64,000 nt of DNA from Candidatus Dormiibacterota bacterium (GTDB lineage: Bacteria > Chloroflexota > Dormibacteria > Aeolococcales > Aeolococcaceae), in assembly GCA_963709585.1 (NCBI GenBank), contig CAVPXI010000014.1, forward strand, positions 96,001-160,000. The letters run 5' to 3'. Positions 30,206 through 40,395 of the stretch are shown one piece after another. Position 1 is the first letter of the stretch. The number at the start of each line of letters is the position of its first letter. Under the pieces are notes generated by a model, which worked only from the letters and a program-made list of their open reading frames with translations, was not told the origin of the DNA and ran no database searches. The position numbers and the translations under genes are program-made.

Positions 30206-31017
30206 GCCTGCTCCGTGCCCACGAAGTTCTCGTAGACGGTCTCGGCTCGCTTGCGCAGGACCGCGAGCGAGGGATGCGTCCACTGTTGGCGCAGCGACCG
30301 CTTGGTGTCCTCACGATTCGCGGACGGGACCCACGCCTCCCTGTCCTCCAGCGATGTCGCGGCGCGAAGGTCGGCGAGCGCTTTGTCCAGCTCCGCTCGA
30401 CTGACCTTCCCCGACTCGAAGCCGAGCAGGATCCGCGAGAGCGTGCCGCGCAACCCGGAGAAATCGAGGACCTCGCGCACACTTGATTCCGTGTGCTCGA
30501 ACTCCGCGAAGCTCGTGCGGAAGCGCGTGTTGAGTCGCCGGATCACGTCGCCGAAGTCGTTGGTGACCTGCTCGAACTCACCGACCACGAACCGGTCGCG
30601 GTAGGGAAGCAGGCACGTGTAGAACCGCGAGTACGCGATCAGCGCGCCGGACACGCTCACCCAGGGCTCGCGCACAACTTGAGACAGGATTGCCCCCTGC
30701 GGCTTGCGGATCAGCACAAGCGCCGGTACGCCGCGCCGGGCCGCCTCGATCAGTTGCGCCGGGGCGTGCAGGTGGTGCGCCAGGCGCACCGGCTTGGGTT
30801 GCGACAGCTGCAGCGCATAAACGGCGAATGTCGTCGCGGATCGCGTGTAGCCGTCGATCACCAGCTCGGTCTCAGGGCTGATCACCTCCGGGCTGGGGCC
30901 GGGATATTTCCGCCGCGCGAACGGCAGATAGAGCGACGGGTACTCCGCTACCCGCGTACGCAGCCGGTGCCGGGCTCGGCTCGCAAGGGAGACCGACGAT
31001 CGAGCGACCACTGTCAC
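30202..31017 (-). CDS. Sulfotransferase-like P-loop protein
   Basis: VIDGYTRSATTF resembles the 5'-PAPS loop GxxRSGT; AHHLH; LIRKPQGAILS resembles the 3'-PB motif RxP...S; FEQVTND. Confidence 0.6.
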   Translation of the reverse strand: MTVVARSSVSLASRARHRLRTRVAEYPSLYLPFARRKYPGPSPEVISPETELVIDGYTRSATTFAVYALQLSQPKPVRLAHHLHAPAQLIEAARRGVPALVLIRKPQGAILSQVVREPWVSVSGALIAYSRFYTCLLPYRDRFVVGEFEQVTNDFGDVIRRLNTRFRTSFAEFEHTESSVREVLDFSGLRGTLSRILLGFESGKVSRAELDKALADLRAATSLEDREAWVPSANREDTKRSLRQQWTHPSLAVLRKRAETVYENFVGTEQA

Positions 31018-32252
31018 ACCTCCACAGCCACGCGGTCGTGCTGAAGAGCGTCATGGCGCTTGCGGCCGAGAAGTCGCTGGTAGACCTTCAAGTAGGTGCT
31101 TTCCTGCCGCTCCCACGCGAGCCGCTGGGCAACCCCTCGGCGTCCGGCCCGTCCCATGTCGGCCCGAAGCTCAGGGTCGTCAAGCAGCTTGTCGACCAGG
31201 CGCGCGAAACCGATCACATCTCTGGACACCGCGTACGCCGCTGCGTCGCCGGCGAGCGCCCTGGTCTCCCGAAGGTCGAAGCCGACGAAGGGCAGCCCGT
31301 ACGCCATGTACTCCATTCCTTTGACCGGTGAGACGATTTCCTCGAGGTTCGGCTCCAGCCCGAGATCGGCAGAGGACAGATAGGTGGACACCGCCTCCTG
31401 CCCGACCCAACCGGTGAAGCTAACCCAGTTTTCGAGGCCGAGATCCGCGGCGAGTTGCTCACACGCCGCGCGCGCCTCACCGTCTCCCAGGAAAGCGAAA
31501 TGGCAATCCGTTCGACCGATCACATGGACCAGGTGATCGACCATCCGAAGGGCCACGTCGACACGGTCCTGCGGGCCCATGAAGCCGACCCAGCAGCAGA
31601 GGTAGCGTCGTCCCTTCTTGAGCTCGGGACGCATCGGCACGACGCGCAACTCTTCGAGCACGGGGCCGTTGCCGACGACGCTCACCTTTCCTGGCCGTAG
31701 ACCACCTCGAGCGTACGCGACGTTCTCGAGCGACTGATTGACAGTGATCACGTGATCGGCGACCCGATAGCTCTCCCGCTCGAGCCAGCAGAGCAACTGG
31801 AACACGATTCCGCGACGGAGGCCGTATCGCAATTGGTACAGCTCAGGCGAGAGATCCCGCTGATCGAGCACGAGGCGGCGGCCGAGGAGCTTGAAGGGCG
31901 CTCCGATGGCGAAGTAGATGTCCGGCGTTCCGCTGACCTGGACGGCATCGAACGGATCGCTGACGAAGACCCGGACGGAGAGAAAGGCGGCCAGCAACCA
32001 CGAGTAGCCGTATTCGCGGATGAAGCCGATCTTGCTCGTGGCGTCGGCCGGCGCGCGGTACTCGTGCAGTCGAGTTGCGGCGTACCGGCCGTTCCCCGGG
32101 TCGGCACGGCAGATCACACTCACTCGGTAACCGCCCGCCACCAGCGTTGCCGCCTGTTTCTGGAGCCTGTGGTCACGGGCCAGCGGCACGTTTTCGACGA
32201 TGAGCAGGATGTGAGGAGGGCGCACGGAATCAGCCGGCGACCAAGTTCGCAC
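31014..32252 (-). CDS. Glycosyltransferase family 4
   Basis: ENVPLARDHR, DLSPEL, ADHVITVN, VVGNG, FTGWV, SPVKGMEYMAYGLPFV. Confidence 0.92.
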   Translation of the reverse strand: MRTWSPADSVRPPHILLIVENVPLARDHRLQKQAATLVAGGYRVSVICRADPGNGRYAATRLHEYRAPADATSKIGFIREYGYSWLLAAFLSVRVFVSDPFDAVQVSGTPDIYFAIGAPFKLLGRRLVLDQRDLSPELYQLRYGLRRGIVFQLLCWLERESYRVADHVITVNQSLENVAYARGGLRPGKVSVVGNGPVLEELRVVPMRPELKKGRRYLCCWVGFMGPQDRVDVALRMVDHLVHVIGRTDCHFAFLGDGEARAACEQLAADLGLENWVSFTGWVGQEAVSTYLSSADLGLEPNLEEIVSPVKGMEYMAYGLPFVGFDLRETRALAGDAAAYAVSRDVIGFARLVDKLLDDPELRADMGRAGRRGVAQRLAWERQESTYLKVYQRLLGRKRHDALQHDRVAVEV

Positions 32253-32276
32253 GTGCCCGCCGAAGCCGGGATCAAC

Positions 32277-32984
32277 TCAACCGGGCGCCCTCCCATTGCT
32301 CGCATGCAAACTCGCCGGGGCAGCCTCCGGCACCGTAGGGTCGGCATTCTCCGGATGCAGGACGAGCTGGATCGTGCCGTTCTCGACGTGGAACTCTGTC
32401 ACCGAGCCGCGTCTGACCGGGTGTCGCCAACTCCTGCCGTCGACGCCGGTCAACTCCAGCATCACCAGCCGGATCATCACTGCGTGGGTCACCGCGGCCA
32501 CCGATTCGCCTGCGTGCCGAGAGCCGATGAACTGAACCGCCTCGAGCATCCGACGCTGCGCGACCATCAGCCGCTCGCCCTGTGGGCAGGCCGCGATCCG
32601 GGGTGACAACTCGTAGAGGCTGTATGCCTCCGGGTCGTAGAGCGCCGCTTCCTCGGGCGTCATGCCCTCCCAGGCGCCATAGTCGAGGTTGTTGAGCCCC
32701 TGGAGAATGCGAAGGTCAGGAACCCAGTGCTCGTCAGCGATGATCTGCGCGGCGGCGATCGTGCGCCGGAGCGGCCCGGTGTACACCGAGGTCAGCCCCG
32801 CGCCGTCCAGGCGCCGCGCCGCATCGACTGCGTCGCGGTAGCCCTGAGCATCCAGCGGGACGTCTCGGCGGCCCCGGTATCGATTCTCCACGGTGAGCGA
32901 CGTCGTTCCGTGCCGGACCAGGTACAGCCGGCATGCCGCCGCACTGCGGCGCTTGGTGTCTCGAATCGCCATCCGCGCGGTCAT
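32277..32984 (-). CDS. Histidine phosphatase (phosphoglycerate mutase superfamily)
   Basis: LYLVRHG, DVPLDAQG, PLRRT, DYGAWEG, AVTHAV. Confidence 0.88.
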   Translation of the reverse strand: MTARMAIRDTKRRSAAACRLYLVRHGTTSLTVENRYRGRRDVPLDAQGYRDAVDAARRLDGAGLTSVYTGPLRRTIAAAQIIADEHWVPDLRILQGLNNLDYGAWEGMTPEEAALYDPEAYSLYELSPRIAACPQGERLMVAQRRMLEAVQFIGSRHAGESVAAVTHAVMIRLVMLELTGVDGRSWRHPVRRGSVTEFHVENGTIQLVLHPENADPTVPEAAPASLHASNGRAPG

Positions 32985-34687
32985 CGGCGCGGGCTCGACG
33001 GGCGTTCACTCCGGGGAGCGGGTTCCGCGGCCTCGTCTTCCCCGGCGTTCTCAATGTTGAGCAGCGTGCTCGACGGGCTGGGAATCTTTGCGGCCCGCGC
33101 GGAGTGCCCGTTGAGTGCCGGTGCGGGCGCGGTGACCGGGTCAGGCGTCTCGACCTTGGCGGCAGACCTCTCCGCCGCCTCGGCGGGTGTGGTCAGCGGG
33201 CGCGGAAGGCGGCGCGCTCTGCCCACGTTGACGAGCGCACACGCGACCAGGTCGTCAGGCGAACGCCCGAGCTGAGACATCGCGGCCCGCACCTGAGCGC
33301 GTGTCGACAGCCGGGCATCAGCAACGAACAGGATCATATGGCTCAACTGGGCGAGCACCTCGGTGTCCGCGCTCGCCAGCACCGGCGGCGCTTCGACCAC
33401 GATGAAATCAGCCCGATCGCGGAGCTGCCCGAGGAGTCGTGGCAGGGCAGGCGAGACCATCATCGCTCCAGGGTCGGGCACCGAACGGCCGGCCGAGATC
33501 AGCTGCAGCCCGGGGACGTCGGTGTCGCGCAGTGCAGAGCCAAGGCTCGAACGATCCAAGAGCACGCTGCTGAGTCCGACCCCCTCGCTCAGGCCGAAGA
33601 GCTCATGAGTGCGGCTCCCTCGCAAGTCCGCGCAGACCAGGATGACTTGCCGGCCGGACAGCGCCAGGGCCGCGGCCAGGTTCGCCGCGACTGTGGCCTT
33701 GTCTTCCCGGGTCGCGCTGGTGACCGTGAGCGTGTCGGCACTTCGCCCACTGGCCGCCTGGAGGACCCGTGTCCGTAGGTCGCGATATGCCTCGGCGACG
33801 CGGGAGCCTGGACTGTGAACGATGACGAGCCGCTCGCCCGCGGACCGCTTCCGGGTACGGAAAGCCGGGATCAGTGCCAGGACCGGCGCATCGGCCTCGG
33901 TCGCCAGATCGAGGGGCCCACGAAGGCGGTCGTCGATCGCGTCACGCGCGAAGGCCACACCGACCCCCAGCGCCAAACCCAGAATCAAGGCGACGCCGAC
34001 GTCCAGCCAGCGATTCGGACCTGTCGGGGATGCGGGCCGGGAGGCATCACTGATGAGGCTTGGCCGCACCGCGCCGGGCGCGGCCGGAGCCGGGGTCTTG
34101 CTGCCTGGCACGAACGTCGGCGCAGGAGTCCGAAATCCAACATAGGCCTCCGCAATACCCTCAGCCGCGCGCTGAGCCTGGATCGGGTTCGGAGCTGAGA
34201 AGGCGATGTCGAGCAGATCGGTGTCCACCGGGACGGTCACCGACAACCCGGACTGCAGCGCGCTCGGCGAGATCTCCGCCGCCCTCGAGGCGATCAACAG
34301 CACTGCCTCCGACGACACGATCCCCTTCTCGGTGGCCATCACCACGGGCTGCTGGCTCGCGGCACTCGCCGATTCGGCGAAGACGACCACCGTCGCGTGC
34401 GACGTGTATATCGACTTCTGCTCCTTCGCCACCACGTACGCGCCCGCCGTCACCGCCAGGGCGATCAGCAGGATCCACGCCAGGTGCGCCCTCAGGAACC
34501 GCGACCCGACCCCGGTCTCGCGCGCCCGGGGTGCGCGAGGCGGCGGGATTGCGGTGTAGCGCTCGCCGCCGCCCTCCAACTGAGTGGGCAGTCTTGAGTG
34601 TGCACTCATATGATTCGAGTTCTGCCGCGAACGGGTGGGCGATGGTTCAGTTGTTTCGTCCGCGCGATCCCATAAAGGCGTGTTCAC
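32981..34687 (-). CDS. Polysaccharide chain-length determinant / Wzc-like protein with a degenerate tyrosine-kinase domain
   Basis: Two TM segments flanking a Wzz-like loop; AEAYRDLRT, VAANLA, ADLR. GTG start overlaps the upstream TGA. Confidence 0.85.
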   Translation of the reverse strand: MNTPLWDRADETTEPSPTRSRQNSNHMSAHSRLPTQLEGGGERYTAIPPPRAPRARETGVGSRFLRAHLAWILLIALAVTAGAYVVAKEQKSIYTSHATVVVFAESASAASQQPVVMATEKGIVSSEAVLLIASRAAEISPSALQSGLSVTVPVDTDLLDIAFSAPNPIQAQRAAEGIAEAYVGFRTPAPTFVPGSKTPAPAAPGAVRPSLISDASRPASPTGPNRWLDVGVALILGLALGVGVAFARDAIDDRLRGPLDLATEADAPVLALIPAFRTRKRSAGERLVIVHSPGSRVAEAYRDLRTRVLQAASGRSADTLTVTSATREDKATVAANLAAALALSGRQVILVCADLRGSRTHELFGLSEGVGLSSVLLDRSSLGSALRDTDVPGLQLISAGRSVPDPGAMMVSPALPRLLGQLRDRADFIVVEAPPVLASADTEVLAQLSHMILFVADARLSTRAQVRAAMSQLGRSPDDLVACALVNVGRARRLPRPLTTPAEAAERSAAKVETPDPVTAPAPALNGHSARAAKIPSPSSTLLNIENAGEDEAAEPAPRSERPSSPRR

Positions 34688-36198
34688 ATCAGGTCCTCGT
34701 TCGCTGGCGCTTGCTGTCGGCTGGGGGAGCGCGCGACCGCGGCGCGCCGGGTTCCGGTAGCGGCCAGGGCGGCCAGAATGAACATGGCGTCGGCTGATCC
34801 GCGATACGTTAGGTGGGGATCGAACACCATCAGGACAGCGGTCACGATCACCGCGACGAACGTGGCAGATCCAGCGATACCGGCTGCGTCTGCGCTCCCA
34901 CGCGCCACTCGCCATCCGCGCTTCGCCATCGCGACGACGAAGAAGACAAAGCTTGCGAACAGCGGGATCCCGCCTCCCCAGAGCAGCCAGGTGTAGCCGC
35001 TCTCGATCCACACGTAGCCGGTCCCCTGAGTCGCCACCGCAACTCGTGCGGCCGGGCGGACACCGAGAATGAAGTTCCAGTCAGCGAACAGCTGCGGCCA
35101 GAAGTAGTTCTGCAAATTCTGCACTCGGTCTGTCCAGCTGACCGGCAGCCCGCTGGCCGACCCGAAGCTGCCGAGCCGGACGGCGAGCACCGGCCACACG
35201 ACCACTGAGCCGATCAGCCCGGCGGGAACAAGGACTTTGAGCAGCCGCGCGGAATTGGTCACGGCTGCGATACACGCGGCGCCCACCAGGAGGCCGATGA
35301 CGCCGGAGAACTCGCCCGCGGACAGCGTCCCCAGAACGAGCAGCCCGGCAGCAGCTCCGAGCAGGGCTCGGTGGCGGCGGCCACGCGACAACATGGCACC
35401 GACGATCGCCAGGTTGTAGACCATGAGATCCGCAGTCGCCGCAGGCAGCCCGAGGGTCGAGCTGCCACGCGCCGGAAAAGCCTGCGTGTAGCCATCGGGC
35501 GCAAAAAATGTGGCGAGGAACCTCGGGACCCCGAAGAGGCTCAGTGACTGCACGATCGCGACCACTGCGACAATGCACGCGGCGGCGACTGAGATCCACA
35601 GGCAGCGGAGGATTTGTTGATCCGTGGTGACGCTCATGCGGATCACCGCGTACAGGCCGAGGAACTTCCAGAGCACGAGCGCGTACAGCAGATCGTCAGA
35701 GGTGATCTGCTCCTGGCGGACTGCCATCCACAGCAGGGGGACGACGGAGCTGCACACGGCCAGCAGAACGATGGAAGCCTCGACAGCCCCGATCCGGAGT
35801 CGCGGTAGCCGTCCGGTTCGCAGCCCGACGATGCCGCGTGTCCCCAGCGCCACGCCCGCGATCAGGACGATCGCCTCGTTCGGCCGAAGCACGGGTATCG
35901 CCGAACCGCGGTTGATCCCGGCGGTCAGCGGGGTGAGTCCGACGATCAGGAAGGCGCCCAATGCGGGCCATCGCCATACGCAGGCAATGAGCCCCAGGAG
36001 CAGCAGCGCGGCAAGAGCGTACAGCGGGGCAAAGGTGCTGGCGGCGCCCGCCACCGCGGCACCGACCAGGATCGGCCCGAGGAACCAGCGTCCGGACGGG
36101 CGGCCAAGCCGAGGCCATTCGCGGCCCCAGGGCGTGGACGTGGTCCCGACGCGATCAGCGCCCCGGGTCGTTCCGAGCCGCGCGCCTGCTTCAACCAT
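34684..36198 (-). CDS. Wzy polymerase / O-antigen ligase-like membrane protein
   Basis: About 12 TM segments; ARGSSTLG, SWTDR, ESGYTWLLWGGG; position within the polysaccharide operon. Confidence 0.7.
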   Translation of the reverse strand: MVEAGARLGTTRGADRVGTTSTPWGREWPRLGRPSGRWFLGPILVGAAVAGAASTFAPLYALAALLLLGLIACVWRWPALGAFLIVGLTPLTAGINRGSAIPVLRPNEAIVLIAGVALGTRGIVGLRTGRLPRLRIGAVEASIVLLAVCSSVVPLLWMAVRQEQITSDDLLYALVLWKFLGLYAVIRMSVTTDQQILRCLWISVAAACIVAVVAIVQSLSLFGVPRFLATFFAPDGYTQAFPARGSSTLGLPAATADLMVYNLAIVGAMLSRGRRHRALLGAAAGLLVLGTLSAGEFSGVIGLLVGAACIAAVTNSARLLKVLVPAGLIGSVVVWPVLAVRLGSFGSASGLPVSWTDRVQNLQNYFWPQLFADWNFILGVRPAARVAVATQGTGYVWIESGYTWLLWGGGIPLFASFVFFVVAMAKRGWRVARGSADAAGIAGSATFVAVIVTAVLMVFDPHLTYRGSADAMFILAALAATGTRRAAVARSPSRQQAPANEDLM

Positions 36199-37896
36199 CA
36201 ATGCACTCCGCCGTTGCCGGCCGGGCGGTGGCGCAACTGGCCGAGCCCGCCGACGAGCCATCCAAGCTCAGGGGACCGCCACCAGGCTTGCAGCGCCAGG
36301 AACACGGCGCCTCCGACCAGGGCGGCTGCGAGTATTCCGACCCGAGGGCCGAACGATCCGCCGAGCAAGCGCGGGATGGTAGCCGCCACGATCCACGCCG
36401 GCCCGGCCATGACCACGGCAGCGGCCGCGAACTTGGCGATCGAGGGCAGCAGCCGGTACGAGGCGGCTCCACCGACGTTCCGCCTGACGCGGGCGTTCAG
36501 ATGGAGGCCGGCCACCGCGGTCGACGCAGACAGGGCCAGCCCGAGGACCAGCACCACTGCCGGGCCGTGGACGAGGAGCGAGCTGGTCGCCAGCGACAGG
36601 CACGTGACCGCCTGAATCAGCATCGAGACCAGCGGCGACCGCGTGTCCTTCATCGCATAGGAGGCGTAGGTCGCGATCATGAACGCCGTCTGGCCGACGA
36701 CGGCCACCGATAGCGCAGCGAGTGAGAAGGCCACCAGGTTGATGCCCGTCGCTGTATCCATCCTGCCGAACGAGATCGCTCGGCCCAGGGGGAAGGCCAG
36801 CACGAGGTAGCCGACGGCGGCCGGGATGGCGACGAAGAATCCCAGGGCCAGGCCGCGCACGAGCGCGTCGCGAAATGCGGCAAGGTCGCCGGCGAGGTGC
36901 ATCCGCGCGAGCCTCGGGAGCAGGGAAAGCGCCACCGGCGTCGCCCCGATCGCGATCGCCAGGTAGTAGAAGTTCAGTGCGATCTGGAAGGCGACGACTC
37001 CCCCTTCAAGCCGATTGGCCATCACCAGGAGGGTCAGAATCTGAACCGCGCCGAGCCCGGCTTGCGCCAGTGCCGGTAGCGCCCGCCGCACGACGGTGCG
37101 AACCTCAGGGTCGCGCCACCCGGGGAGCGGCACGAGGACCACGCCGGCCCGCCGTGCCCCCCACCACTGCGTCGCCGCATGCAGGGCGACCGCGCCGGTG
37201 GAGCCGAGCCCGAGGAGGAGGATCTCGCCGAGGGGCACGTCTGTGACGTTGGTACTCGAGCCGTAGAGCAGCGCGGCGGCACCAAGCACCGCAATCGTGC
37301 CCAGGTTCTCCACGGCCGGGGCGCCGGCAGCGAGCGCGAAGCGCCGTCGCGAGTTCATCACCGCGGTCGCCGACCCGACGACGCCGTAGAGAAAGATCTG
37401 CGGGATGAACATGAGAATGAGGAGTTGCCCGACGCGCACCTGTGCGGCGCTCGTGAGCGCATGTCCCCCGCCCAGCGCCGCGAGCCGCAATGCCTGGGGG
37501 CCGAGGCCGACAGCCACCGGGGTGATCACGAGCAGCGCTATCAGCGTCATGCCCAGGAAGCCACCCGCGACCCGTTCCGATGCCCGACGGTCGCCGGCGT
37601 CGATATGGCGCACGAGCGCCGGAACCAGCAGCGACGAGAAGAGCGAGCCGGCCAGGAAGCCGTAGTAGACGAGGTTGGGAAGTGAGTTGGTGAACTGATA
37701 GGTGTTCCCGAAGAAGGTGGGGCCGAGGACCGCTCCGATCACGGCGAATCGCATTAGCCCGGTGACCCGGCTGACGATCGTCCAGGCCGCAACAGTTAAC
37801 GAGTTCGCCTGCGGCGGAGATTGGGCTGAGGTGCGGCTCCGGCTCGCGCGCGGAAGTCGCGGCCGGCACCAGGAGAGTCGAGGATGGTGTGCTCAT
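36198..37896 (-). CDS. murJ: MurJ/MviN-family flippase (frameshift at ~37804)
   Basis: SRVTGLMR, NSLPNLVYY, SSLLVPAL, APAVEN, LLPRLA, AMKDTRSP. The N-terminus MSTPSS... joins after removing one base at GAGTTC 37801-37806. Confidence 0.8.
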
Positions 37897-38618
37897 CGCG
37901 CCCCGGTTGTGGAGAGCACGACCGGCACCGTCCGCAGCAGGATGGAGAGATCGAGGGTGAAGCTCCTCCTGTCCACATACTCGATGTCCAGGTCGAGCCC
38001 GTCCTTCATGGTGAGGCTGTTCCTGCCACTGACTTGCCAGAGGCCGGTGAGGCCCGGAGCGACGAGAAACCGCCGGGAGTGGGGTGGACGGATCAACTCC
38101 GCCTCCCAGGGCAACGCTGGGCGCGGCCCGACGAGCGACATGTCCCCGCGAATGACATTCAGCAGCTGTGGGAGCTCGTCGATGCTGGTCCTGCGCAGCA
38201 GCCGGCCGACCTTGGTGATCCGCGTGTCGTTTTCGAGCTTGTAAAGGCCCTGCCGCCCCCCGGTTGGCGGCTGGTCCAGCGTGAGCAATTGGGTGACGTA
38301 ATTGCGATGGACGTCATCTGGGGAGCCAGCGTGCATCGTCCGGAACTTGTAGAGCACGAACGGCCGCTGTCCTCGGCCAAGCCGGGTCTGCCGGAACAGC
38401 GCCGGTCCCGGGCTGGTCAGCTTGATCAACACAGCCACGAGAACGAGCAACGGGGATACCAGGATCAGACACGCCGACGCAATCACGATGTCCAGCACGC
38501 GCTTGCTGGGCGGCGTGCGCAGCGGAACATCACGTGCGTCGTCGATCGGAAGGTCCGCTGCGGCGCGAAGGTGATCGCTGAAGATCATCGAAGCCTCACC
38601 CTTGCTCCTCGCTTCCAT
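37893..38618 (-). CDS. Priming sugar-phosphate transferase (Bac_transf, WcaJ/PglC-like)
   Basis: KRVLDI, FRQTRLG, KFRTM, RITKVGRLLRRTSIDELPQLLNVIRGDMSLVGPRP, PGLTGLWQVSGRN. Confidence 0.95.
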   Translation of the reverse strand: MEARSKGEASMIFSDHLRAAADLPIDDARDVPLRTPPSKRVLDIVIASACLILVSPLLVLVAVLIKLTSPGPALFRQTRLGRGQRPFVLYKFRTMHAGSPDDVHRNYVTQLLTLDQPPTGGRQGLYKLENDTRITKVGRLLRRTSIDELPQLLNVIRGDMSLVGPRPALPWEAELIRPPHSRRFLVAPGLTGLWQVSGRNSLTMKDGLDLDIEYVDRRSFTLDLSILLRTVPVVLSTTGAR

Positions 38619-39254
38619 TAGCGGCGGGCCTCGCCCATCGATAGCGACGAATCGAGCCTGTCGCCGAGTTCGATCCGCGCTCCGATCGCCGGCAGCCGCC
38701 GAACCTCACCGCGCACCCGGGCGGGGTTGCCGAACGCCACGCATCCTTCGGGGATGTCGCGGGAAACCACCGAGCCGGCGCCGATGAGACATCCGGCCCC
38801 AATATGGACGAAGGGAAGGATGGTCACGTTGACGCCGATTTGCGCGCCTGCCCCTATCGATGGCCCACACATCACCGCGGCCGACGCTGCCTGCCCGGGG
38901 TACAGATCGTTGGCGATGGTCACGCCTGGCGCGAGAAAGGCGTCGTCTCCGATCTCTGTGAACTGCGCGATGTAGCAGTTCGCGTGGATCTTCACGCGGT
39001 CACCGATAACGCATCCGTAGTCGATCACGGAGTTGCTCCACACCGAAACGTCGTCACCGATGCGGCAGTCCTCGCGAATCACCACGTTGTGGCCGGTCTC
39101 GAAGCTTGCTCCGATGCGCGATCCCACGTAGACCACGGTGCCGCTGCGGAGGTGCGGGTCCTGGCCCAGCACCAGTTCTCCGGCCGCGTTTCGCGAAGAT
39201 GGATAGCCGACGATGGCGCTCGAGTTCAATCCGCGGATCCCCACCCGCGACCAT
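38618..39254 (-). CDS. Hexapeptide-repeat N-acyltransferase (WbpD/WxcM-like; frameshift at ~39225)
   Basis: TGHNVVIRE, IGDRVKIH, FLAPGVTIAND, IGAGSVVSRD, GNPAR. ATG 39254 joins after removing one base at GAGTTC 39222-39227. Confidence 0.88.
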
Positions 39255-39255
39255 G

Positions 39256-40395
39256 TCACGCAACGTCGACCTGCTTCGAGCGCAACGCATCGTGGACTGC
39301 GGCGTGCACCGCGTCGCACACCGCGACGATCTGAGCGTCGCTCATGTGCGGGAACATCGGCAGCGACAGCACCTCGCCCGCGGCAGCCTCCGCGACCGGA
39401 AGCGGCCCATCGGCGAAGCGGCGATATGGAGTTTGCCGGTGGCATGGGACCGGGTAGTGGATTCCGCTTTCAATGCCCGCCGCCGCGAGCCGCTGCTGAA
39501 CCATCGCTCGACCCGGAACTCGTACCACTGCCAGGTGGTGGACTCCTCGGGACCCGGTCGCCTCCTGCACAAGTCGCGCGGGCCCCGACGCAAAGACGGC
39601 GCCATATCGCGTGGCGATTGCTCGGCGAGCCTCGTTCCAGGTGTCGAGCCGAGGGAGCTTCGCCGTGAGCACCACAGCCTGCAATGCATCCAGCCGGCTG
39701 TTGGTGCCGACCACGACGTGGCGGTAACGCGTCCCGCGGGCGCGGCCGTGGTCGCGCAGCCGCCGCAGCCGTTCCGCAAGGACAGCGTCACCGGTCACGA
39801 CTGCGCCGGCGTCGCCGAACGCGCCCAGGTTCTTGCCCGGGTAGAAGCTGAAGCAGCCCGCCCGACCGAACGACCCCGCTCGCCGGCCGTTCCAGGTCGC
39901 CCCGTGCGCCTGAGCGGCATCCTCAATGAGCACGACGCCGGCCCGACTGGCGGCGCGGCAGAGCGCGTCCATGTCCGGCATCTGGCCGTAGAGGTGCACG
40001 ACGATCACCGCCCGCGTGCGCGGCGTGATTGCCGCCTCGAGGTCGGCAGCGGTGAGCAGCAGGGTCTCCGAGCTCACATCGGCGAATCGCGGCGTTGCCC
40101 CTGCGAGAACGACCGCCTCCGCCGTGGCCACGAAGGTGTTCGCCGGAACGATGACCTCATCGCCGGCGCCGATCCCGAGAGCGGTGAGTGTGAGTTGGAG
40201 GGCGTCCGTCCCATTGGCCATGCCGATCGCATGGCCCAGGCCACAGTAGGCGGCCCATGCATCTTCGAACTCCTCGACTGCCTGACCACCGATGAAGGCA
40301 CTGGAGTCGAGGAGTTTCGCCCAGTTCTGGTCGATGGTGGCGCGAATCTCGCGCGTCATCGCGGCAAGGTCGGTGAACGGGACCAGGCGTGTCAT
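39256..40395 (-). CDS. DegT/DnrJ/EryC1/StrS aminotransferase (WbpE-like)
   Basis: NGTDAL, VHLYGQ, EDAAQAHG, SFYPGKNLGAFGDAG (PLP lysine), NSRLDALQA, LSLPMFP. Confidence 0.95.
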   Translation of the reverse strand: MTRLVPFTDLAAMTREIRATIDQNWAKLLDSSAFIGGQAVEEFEDAWAAYCGLGHAIGMANGTDALQLTLTALGIGAGDEVIVPANTFVATAEAVVLAGATPRFADVSSETLLLTAADLEAAITPRTRAVIVVHLYGQMPDMDALCRAASRAGVVLIEDAAQAHGATWNGRRAGSFGRAGCFSFYPGKNLGAFGDAGAVVTGDAVLAERLRRLRDHGRARGTRYRHVVVGTNSRLDALQAVVLTAKLPRLDTWNEARRAIATRYGAVFASGPARLVQEATGSRGVHHLAVVRVPGRAMVQQRLAAAGIESGIHYPVPCHRQTPYRRFADGPLPVAEAAAGEVLSLPMFPHMSDAQIVAVCDAVHAAVHDALRSKQVDVA

